Shown here: positions 56,489-64,000 of the stretch, piece by piece
Layout: every line of letters starts with the position of its first letter
How positions within the stretch are numbered: position 1 is the stretch's first letter
DNA from: Dudresnaya verticillata
Lineage: Eukaryota
Length of the DNA: 64,000 nt
NCBI GenBank assembly: GCA_977862235.1
Contig: OZ374557.1
Location: 3,224,001 to 3,288,000 of the forward strand
Direction: 5' to 3'
Translations under genes and position numbers: made by a program
Notes under the pieces: generated by a model
What the model was told of the DNA's origin: nothing
The model's database searches: none
The model's input: the letters and a program-made list of their open reading frames with translations, nothing else

Positions 56489-59400
56489 TGAAAAGGAATA
56501 TGGAGAGGTTGAAGTTGAACAAGATGAGAAATGGAAGTCGCTTGACTTCGTTTACTGCAGTCGACCATCCGACATGGCTTATATCAGCTTTTCGGATGAG
56601 TTGCTGCGTGAACACAAACAAAACAAATCATTAAAGAAACGCCCAAAATCCCTATCATCAAATGGGCGGGAAAAAGTAAAGCAATTAAATCTACCAAATC
56701 ATGCTCTCAGCACACTCACATCCGCCACCAAAATGGGCGGGAACTTGCACACCAGTGTTGCTAACTGCTGACATCAGCAATCCCTCTTGCGACTGCATTT
56801 CCTGCCATCCATATGTACTCCAACTTTGGGCGGGAACGTGAAAGTATCGAGTGTCCCCGCATGGCTGCTGTCGGACAACACTGCACACCACGTGGCCGCA
56901 CTTACCAGCTCAAGTCCGTCCATGAATATCCAACTTGGATCATTGACCACGTAATCACCCAGATTTGCCTACGTGGCAGCTGTAAACCAACATATCGGCC
57001 GCACGACAGCTACGTGATAACTGTGAACCAACGTGTCGGCCGCACGACAGCTACGTGCCAACTGTAAACCAACGTGTCGGCCGCACAACAACTGCATCTG
57101 CTGATATCACAAGTCAGGCTCCACGTAGCGCAAGTCCCTGCAGTACCAACTCGGACGCCATCAGCACATTGCATGGCAGGTTCATGTGTACTTGTGGAGT
57201 ACAGTGCGAGTCATACCAACACCATTCCATGCCATACCACGTGCATCCATGTGGTCCAATCAGATCGTTCCACTTGGCCGTTCCTGTTATAACCGCCAAT
57301 TCCAGCACAACACTTGTAAGCCATATAGACCATGGAGGCGGTTTGTAACAACCAATCAGAAGCCCGTTTCACGTTGCTTTTGCAAAAGGCCTAAATGCGC
57401 CGTGATTTTGGAAGCCCGGAAAAAGGGCTGTCGTCTCCGGAAGGTTTGGTGACAGCGTGCCAGGGTGCCATCTGGGGTGCCTGACCCGTGACGTGAGGCG
57501 CCAGCGACCATGTCCTCAACACTCCTCCTCGATGGCTCCTCCAAGTCCAACCCTTGGTAGAATCCTATTGAGCAAAGTGGGCCCGAGTGGCTTTGTCAGC
57601 AAGTCCGCGTCGTTGTCTTCTGACGGCACATACACCACTTCCAGAACAGAGTCGGCGACAAGTTCGCGAATGAAGTGAACACGAACGTCGATATGCTTGG
57701 CACGACCAGACGGACAGCGTTCTCCAGTAGCCCAATTGATGGCAGACTGGTTGTCTGATCTCAATGGAACGGGGCCTTCGACGTTCAAGTCGGCCTCCTT
57801 CAGCACTCGCGAGACCCAAACCGTCTCTTTCGCAGCCAGAGTCATTGCATAGTACTCCGACTCGCAAGTTGAGAGAGCAACAGTTGACTGCTTCTTGGAT
57901 CCCCAAATACACACTGCATCTCCCAGTTTCACCATGTAACCAGACATAGATTTTCGGTCTGTGGTGTCACCGGCATAGTCAGCGTCCACATAAGCTTGGA
58001 TACGAATGCTTCCGGACTGGTACGTAACTCCATGCTTGTGAGTGCCTCGGAGATATCGCAGAACCCTCTTTGCACCGCGGTGACAGTACGCAGTTGGAGC
58101 CTTCTGGAACCGTGCGAGAATAAGCACAGAGGCCAAAATGTCCAGCCTTGTGCGAAGCCCCAAGTACAGAAGTGACCCGATCATCTGCTGGTACGTCTCA
58201 ACCGACACGACGGCCTTGTCCTCTTCGGCGGCAAGTCCAGTGAAGAAAGACTCAACCATCGGCGTACAAGCCGGCTTAGAGTTCTGAAGTCCAAATCGAC
58301 GAAGAACACTTTCCGTGTAGACCTGTTGAGTCATCTTGAGGGACACAAATCTGCCATCAGAGTCTAGCTTCCATCCAAGCTCGACTCCGAGGAAGAGGTC
58401 AACCCCTTCAGACAGCCGTAGATCGTAGAGGCCCTGCAGTTCCTTAACAATGGCGTCTCTCTCCGCCTTTGTGGGCGCGAGGATGAGCAAGTCATCAACG
58501 TACACCAAGATGTATGCGTATCCAGAAGACTTGGATTTGCGACGAAACACGCAAGGTGCACTTGGCAATTCCTCAAACATCATCCTAGCAAGGTCACCAC
58601 ACAGCTTGGTGTGCCAAGCTAGGTGAGCCTGTTTTAGCCCATACATAGCTTTCAGAAGTTTGTAACAGAGAGATTCCCTTCCAGGAATCCCACGCGGTGA
58701 CATTACCCACACGTGTTCTGCCAGATCACCATTCAGGAAAGCCGTCTTCACGTCTAGCTGTGCAACAAACAGGTTCAAACACAGTACCAAGTATAGGAAC
58801 ATGCGCACCAGCGAGAACGACACAACTGGGGCGTATGTTTCCATGTAGTCTTCACCATACGTCTGGAAGTTTCCACCAGCGACGACCCGCGCTTTGAAGC
58901 GCTCGACCGTCCCGTCGGACTTGCGTTTAACTTTCAGCACGGCGTGCGTTGGAAGCGGCTGTGCATCGGGACTGTCATCACGGACCCAAGTGCCTTTGGA
59001 TTCCAAGGATGCGAACTCATCATCAATGGCAGATTGCCACAACCCGCGCTCCTCCGGAGTGGCAGACATGGCCTCTCGAAGAGTGGGCTCATCTCCCGTT
59101 GTGAGGGCAACCTGTTGTTCAGCTTGTGCAGAGCTTGCCATAAACCATTTCGACGTCTGGCGACGCTGGCGACGAGGATATCGACTCTGTTGGTGGCGTT
59201 CTGGGTCTGAACTCACACCAGCCGGAGGATTGTCAGAGACGTTTTCTTCCTCAGCCGTGTCATCAGATTCGAATGAGCTGGGTTCTGATGGAGGTAGTGG
59301 AGGTGAAGAAGGTGTGTCAACTTCAATTGCATCCTCTTCATCCTCAAAGTTACCCAGCGACACATCGTCATCAGAGTCCGAGTTGAAAATAGAGGCCTCT

Positions 59401-62400
59401 GAGTTAGACTCGTAATCTTCATCCGAATCTGCCTCGTCCTGCCCATATTCCAACAGGCTTGGAGCACCCGGGAATTTGGACTCGTCGAATGTGACATGCC
59501 GCGACTCAATCACACGAGGTATACCGTCACCGCCAGTGACCAATATCCTGTAGATCCCATGCTCTAGAGTCTCCAAGTGCACCCCCTCAAGTGCACGAGA
59601 CTCGAACTTGGATCCGCGTGGGAGCCTTAGGACATATGCAGCACATCCAAACACTCTTAAATGTTTTAAATCAGGAACATCACCTGTCATGACCGAGTAT
59701 GGCGTAGCCCCAACGGTTGAGTGTGGTACCCGATTGCGCACGTAGTTGACATGCTTCAGTGCAAACGGCCACAAACATCCCGGTAGATCAGCCTGGATCA
59801 GCAAAGTCAGGGCAGCTTCCACCATGGTTCGGTTCACCCTTTCCGCGATTCCATTGAGCTCCGGAGTATAAGGTGGGGAGAAGGATTTGCCACTGTCTCC
59901 AACTCCTCCCAAATCTTTCTGCAAAGCCAAATACTCCTGAGCCCCGTCTGAGTGGAGTTTTGTTATTTCCGCTCCTCCAAGCTCGATAAACTTTGCTGAA
60001 GCTTGATCAAATGCTGCACTCAACATACGGCGACTTCTCATACATGCGACGACCAAGAAACGGGATTTGTCATCCAGAAACGTCGTGGCATACCGGAAAC
60101 GATCGGGAAAGGAGATCTGGATTGGACCAACAATATCGGAATGCACGAGATCACCGACAGCTTTGGCCGGGCGGAAGTGCCCTGGGAATGATTGTTTGTG
60201 TGCTTTCCCAAGCCTACAAGCCCGACACACTTCATGAGTGGAGCCCAACTCCGGAACACCCTCAACATGCTCGTGCACTTTGGCCAAGTCCCGAAAATTA
60301 ATGTGGGCAAGACGTCGATGCCAGAGCTCAGTAGTTTGCTGCGTGCTGGGGACAGCCAGTACTTGCTCCTCCGAAGTGTGCGGCTCGGGTTCTGGTAGCA
60401 TGTACATTCCAGAACTCGCATCGCGAACACCGGATCCAATGTAGTACCCATCAGAGTCGAGTACCAAGCGCACGTCCAAGCGGCGAAAGTGGGATTCAAT
60501 TCCTTTATCTGCCAAACGCCCAGTAGAGACAAGATTGTATCCCATCTGCGGGATGAAGAGGGCCTTCTTGAGCCGAATATTAGCATGCTCAAACGGCAGA
60601 ATCACATCTCCACATAGGTCTGAGGTGACAGACGACTTGTCCGCAAGCACTACAGTACGCTTTTCGCAGCGCGATACTGAGCTCGGTACAAAAGAAGTCA
60701 TTGAGTGGAAGCAATGCACAGTTGCTCCACTGTCGGCATACGTTCCTTGGTCGTTCGGAGGAACAACAGTAGTCATCTCAACCGATGCACCGGCGATTTC
60801 TACCTTTGCAGATTTACCATTGTTCTTACCAGATGCAGCTACCGCCGAGTTGGCGTTGCCCTTTTTGCCCTGGTTGGTGAACATCTGTCGCACCTTTGGA
60901 GGAAGCTTGTTGTTAGGATTTTCCGGATTGAGATAGCATCGATCCGCGGTGTGTCCATCCTTGTCGCAAACATCACAGTGAAGGTGCCGGTTCGGGGTGG
61001 AGTGAGCCTGCTTGGCGGACTTGAGTGCAACCGCCAACGCACGGACGGTAGATTCAATATCAGAAGAGTCATCGGAGTCGTCGTTGTCATCCAGCGGGTT
61101 GTGTTGCTGGCGAGAACCTGACGACGCGGACTTCTTTTTCTTCTTCCGACGACTCTTCGACTTACTGGATCTCCCACCTGCGTTTGATCCATGAGAATCT
61201 TTGGCGTTGTACTCATCGATCAGCGTGGTTGCGACGTAGTCCCAAGTCAGCTCAGCAGCATCTTTGGTGCGAAGAGCTGCAGCTGTTGACTCCAGGTGGC
61301 AGGACGGATCAATGGAAGCAAGCAGCATAGGTGCCTTATGTGTCTCCGGTATCGCCGAGTCGTTGCCCATGCGGTCGAGTTGGGCGAACAGTGACGTGTA
61401 CTGGTCGACATAGTTGGACATATTCTGACCGGTGTACGTCATACGGAATAGCTTGGTCTGTACAGCGATACGGGATACGGTTCGACTGGACGCATAGCGC
61501 GAGTCCAATAGCTCCAGCATGCGTTTGGGGTCATCGTCAACCTCCATAACGACACGAAGCGGAGCATCACCAAGTGCGGAGATAATGATCCCGCAAGCCT
61601 TCTCACGTTTGGCCAAGGTTCTGGCGTGAAGAATGGAAGTATCCGCTGAGGCCTCTCCAGTTGACTGTGAGCTGCTCGGTGTGTCGTTTGAGGTGTGGAC
61701 AACATTCCAAACCCCTTTGATGCGGCATGCGGCACGAAGGCGATGACGCCAGAGACTGTAGTCGTCACCTCTCCTACCGTGGAAACGAGGTATCTTGACC
61801 CCGCTCGAAGTATCCATCTCGGCTTCGGTATCAGTCATCGCTGTTGGGACTGATGCTGAGAAGAGATAACTTGAATAGTTTTAGAAAACTTGGTGAACTT
61901 GGGGCAGTGCTGTTAGTGCTACAGTGCCGATGCCCAGAGGGTAATAGTCGTGTTAAGCAGAGCAGTGCAGCTCACACAACGAAGAGGTGACGACGAAACT
62001 GAGAAATGTGTCGAACACGTCGGTAATATAATACAGTCACAAGCGGAGCACACTTTGCCAAGTAGCTCCCACGCTTGGAGTAATGAAACTCTCAGGTGAT
62101 GATGGGATCACCTGGACTGAAGAAGAAAAGTTGAAACTTGAAGTTGAAAAGTTGATTCTTGATAGTTGAACGTCTTTTTGACGCGGGATGTTCTGGCACC
62201 AGGTTCTACCTAGTCACCCCTAGGAGTCGGACTCCTGGCCCCCGGATATGATTCTCCGGGTGAAATGCGTCTTTCAGCAGCCCTTTCGTGTCGTGCGCAC
62301 ACAGACACGAAGTATGCAATCCTTACGAGACGTCCACCTTATGGGTACTAATTCAAAACGAGTGTTCACCACACGAACAGGTCCAGTCTCTTGCAGGAAT

Positions 62401-63807
62401 GGAACTAGGCCCAACCGTGTCAAGGTTCTGGATCTTACTGGAGGCTGCTCCCCTAGGCCAACGAGGTCCTGACTTAACGAGAGTCACCACGCACAACACT
62501 CAACCTCTCAGCAAGCTCACGGACCAAGACAACAGCGGACGAGAGCCTCGAGAACTCTCTCACAAAATCAGAGACACAAGCCGACACAGTGGGATAGGGA
62601 CCACTTTCAACAGACAACAAGCAGACAGGACAGGACACAAGCCGACAGGACAGGACACAAGCAGACAGGACAGGGCAGGACGGGACAGGACAGTATCAAG
62701 AATGAAAAGAAAAAGGAAGAAGGTTGCAGCGAAGCGATGAAGTCTGCGTAGGTCGACCTTCTGGGCCCATAACCTGAAAAGGAATATGGAGAGGTTGAAG
62801 TTGAACAAGATGAGAAATGGAAGTCGCTTGACTTCGTTTACTGCAGTCGACCATCCGACATGGCTTATATCAGCTTTTCGGATGAGTTGCTGCGTGAACA
62901 CAAACAAAACAAATCATTAAAGAAACGCCCAAAATCCCTATCATCAAATGGGCGGGAAAAAGTAAAGCAATTAAATCTACCAAATCATGCTCTCAGCACA
63001 CTCACATCCGCCACCAAAATGGGCGGGAACTTGCACACCAGTGTTGCTAACTGCTGACATCAGCAATCCCTCTTGCGACTGCATTTCCTGCCATCCATAT
63101 GTACTCCAACTTTGGGCGGGAACGTGAAAGTATCGAGTGTCCCCGCATGGCTGCTGTCGGACAACACTGCACACCACGTGGCCGCACTTACCAGCTCAAG
63201 TCCGTCCATGAATATCCAACTTGGATCATTGACCACGTAATCACCCAGATTTGCCTACGTGGCAGCTGTAAACCAACATATCGGCCGCACGACAGCTACG
63301 TGATAACTGTGAACCAACGTGTCGGCCGCACGACAGCTACGTGCCAACTGTAAACCAACGTGTCGGCCGCACAACAACTGCATCTGCTGATATCACAAGT
63401 CAGGCTCCACGTAGCGCAAGTCCCTGCAGTACCAACTCGGACGCCATCAGCACATTGCATGGCAGGTTCATGTGTACTTGTGGAGTACAGTGCGAGTCAT
63501 ACCAACACCATTCCATGCCATACCACGTGCATCCATGTGGTCCAATCAGATCGTTCCACTTGGCCGTTCCTGTTATAACCGCCAATTCCAGCACAACACT
63601 TGTAAGCCATATAGACCATGGAGGCGGTTTGTAACAACCAATCAGAAGCCCGTTTCACGTTGCTTTTGCAAAAGGCCTAAATGCGCCGTGATTTTGGAAG
63701 CCCGGAAAAAGGGCTGTCGTCTCCGGAAGGTTTGGTGACAGCGTGCCAGGGTGCCATCTGGGGTGCCTGACCCGTGACGTGAGGCGCCAGCGACCATGTC
63801 CTCAACA
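56489..63807 (-). mobile_element. Full-length copia copy H
   Basis: LTRs 56489-57521 and 62775-63807 (1033 bp). TSD AGCCC at 56484-56488 and 63808-63812. Confidence 0.98.
57516..61838 (-). CDS. Copia gag-pol polyprotein, 1440 aa, intact (copy H)
   Basis: Uninterrupted ORF with all the motifs seen in copy A. Confidence 0.97.
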   Translation of the reverse strand: MTDTEAEMDTSSGVKIPRFHGRRGDDYSLWRHRLRAACRIKGVWNVVHTSNDTPSSSQSTGEASADTSILHARTLAKREKACGIIISALGDAPLRVVMEVDDDPKRMLELLDSRYASSRTVSRIAVQTKLFRMTYTGQNMSNYVDQYTSLFAQLDRMGNDSAIPETHKAPMLLASIDPSCHLESTAAALRTKDAAELTWDYVATTLIDEYNAKDSHGSNAGGRSSKSKSRRKKKKKSASSGSRQQHNPLDDNDDSDDSSDIESTVRALAVALKSAKQAHSTPNRHLHCDVCDKDGHTADRCYLNPENPNNKLPPKVRQMFTNQGKKGNANSAVAASGKNNGKSAKVEIAGASVEMTTVVPPNDQGTYADSGATVHCFHSMTSFVPSSVSRCEKRTVVLADKSSVTSDLCGDVILPFEHANIRLKKALFIPQMGYNLVSTGRLADKGIESHFRRLDVRLVLDSDGYYIGSGVRDASSGMYMLPEPEPHTSEEQVLAVPSTQQTTELWHRRLAHINFRDLAKVHEHVEGVPELGSTHEVCRACRLGKAHKQSFPGHFRPAKAVGDLVHSDIVGPIQISFPDRFRYATTFLDDKSRFLVVACMRSRRMLSAAFDQASAKFIELGGAEITKLHSDGAQEYLALQKDLGGVGDSGKSFSPPYTPELNGIAERVNRTMVEAALTLLIQADLPGCLWPFALKHVNYVRNRVPHSTVGATPYSVMTGDVPDLKHLRVFGCAAYVLRLPRGSKFESRALEGVHLETLEHGIYRILVTGGDGIPRVIESRHVTFDESKFPGAPSLLEYGQDEADSDEDYESNSEASIFNSDSDDDVSLGNFEDEEDAIEVDTPSSPPLPPSEPSSFESDDTAEEENVSDNPPAGVSSDPERHQQSRYPRRQRRQTSKWFMASSAQAEQQVALTTGDEPTLREAMSATPEERGLWQSAIDDEFASLESKGTWVRDDSPDAQPLPTHAVLKVKRKSDGTVERFKARVVAGGNFQTYGEDYMETYAPVVSFSLVRMFLYLVLCLNLFVAQLDVKTAFLNGDLAEHVWVMSPRGIPGRESLCYKLLKAMYGLKQAHLAWHTKLCGDLARMMFEELPSAPCVFRRKSKSSGYAYILVYVDDLLILAPTKAERDAIVKELQGLYDLRLSEGVDLFLGVELGWKLDSDGRFVSLKMTQQVYTESVLRRFGLQNSKPACTPMVESFFTGLAAEEDKAVVSVETYQQMIGSLLYLGLRTRLDILASVLILARFQKAPTAYCHRGAKRVLRYLRGTHKHGVTYQSGSIRIQAYVDADYAGDTTDRKSMSGYMVKLGDAVCIWGSKKQSTVALSTCESEYYAMTLAAKETVWVSRVLKEADLNVEGPVPLRSDNQSAINWATGERCPSGRAKHIDVRVHFIRELVADSVLEVVYVPSEDNDADLLTKPLGPTLLNRILPRVGLGGAIEEEC

Positions 63808-64000
63808 AGCCCCAAGTACAGAAGTGACCCGATCATCTGCTGGTACGTCTCAACCGACACGACGGCCTTGTCCTCTTCGGCGGCAAGTCCAGTGAAGAAA
63901 GACTCAACCATCGGCGTACAAGCCGGCTTAGAGTTCTGAAGTCCAAATCGACGAAGAACACTTTCCGTGTAGACCTGTTGAGTCATCTTGAGGGACACAA

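Larger units (their letters stand above)
54858..64000 (-). mobile_element. Copia copy G (3' LTR 54858-55849; internal 55850-56488 and 63813-64000+), host of H
   Basis: Inserted into E after CCATT (predicted TSD). Internal sequence rejoins across TSD AGCCC and runs off the window. Confidence 0.94.

Noticed and set aside
8040..64000. Whole nest as an assembly artefact
   Set aside because: Seven distinct 5-bp TSD pairs and one 8-bp TSD match exactly, hosts rejoin across them, and copies carry private SNPs shared by their own two LTRs. Read confirmation is still desirable.

Overview
Eukaryotic DNA, probably from a photosynthetic alga; this is inferred from an intron-free DUF2358/SOUL-like gene and the organism is not established. 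About 4 kb of host-like sequence is followed by about 60 kb of deeply nested transposons. Two decayed DNA transposons form the base layer: a CACTA/EnSpm-type transposase with a divergent accessory ORF, and a piggyBac-like DDD transposase with an RGG N-terminus and what looks like the start of a YqaJ/lambda-exonuclease domain. Onto these, one very young Ty1/copia family has inserted at least 12 times. It has 991-1074 bp TG..CA LTRs, a single 1440-aa gag-pol ORF and a half-tRNAiMet PBS as in copia/Ty5. Eight insertions are into copies of itself, two into a LINE and two into DNA transposases. An APE-RT LINE has inserted three times, twice into the copia LTR and once into itself. Seven 5-bp TSD pairs and one 8-bp LINE TSD can be read directly, and nesting reaches about six levels. 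Three copia copies have intact ORFs and LTR pairs that look identical by eye. The main hypothesis is a chromatin-targeted, possibly centromeric or heterochromatic, copia/LINE co-nesting system.
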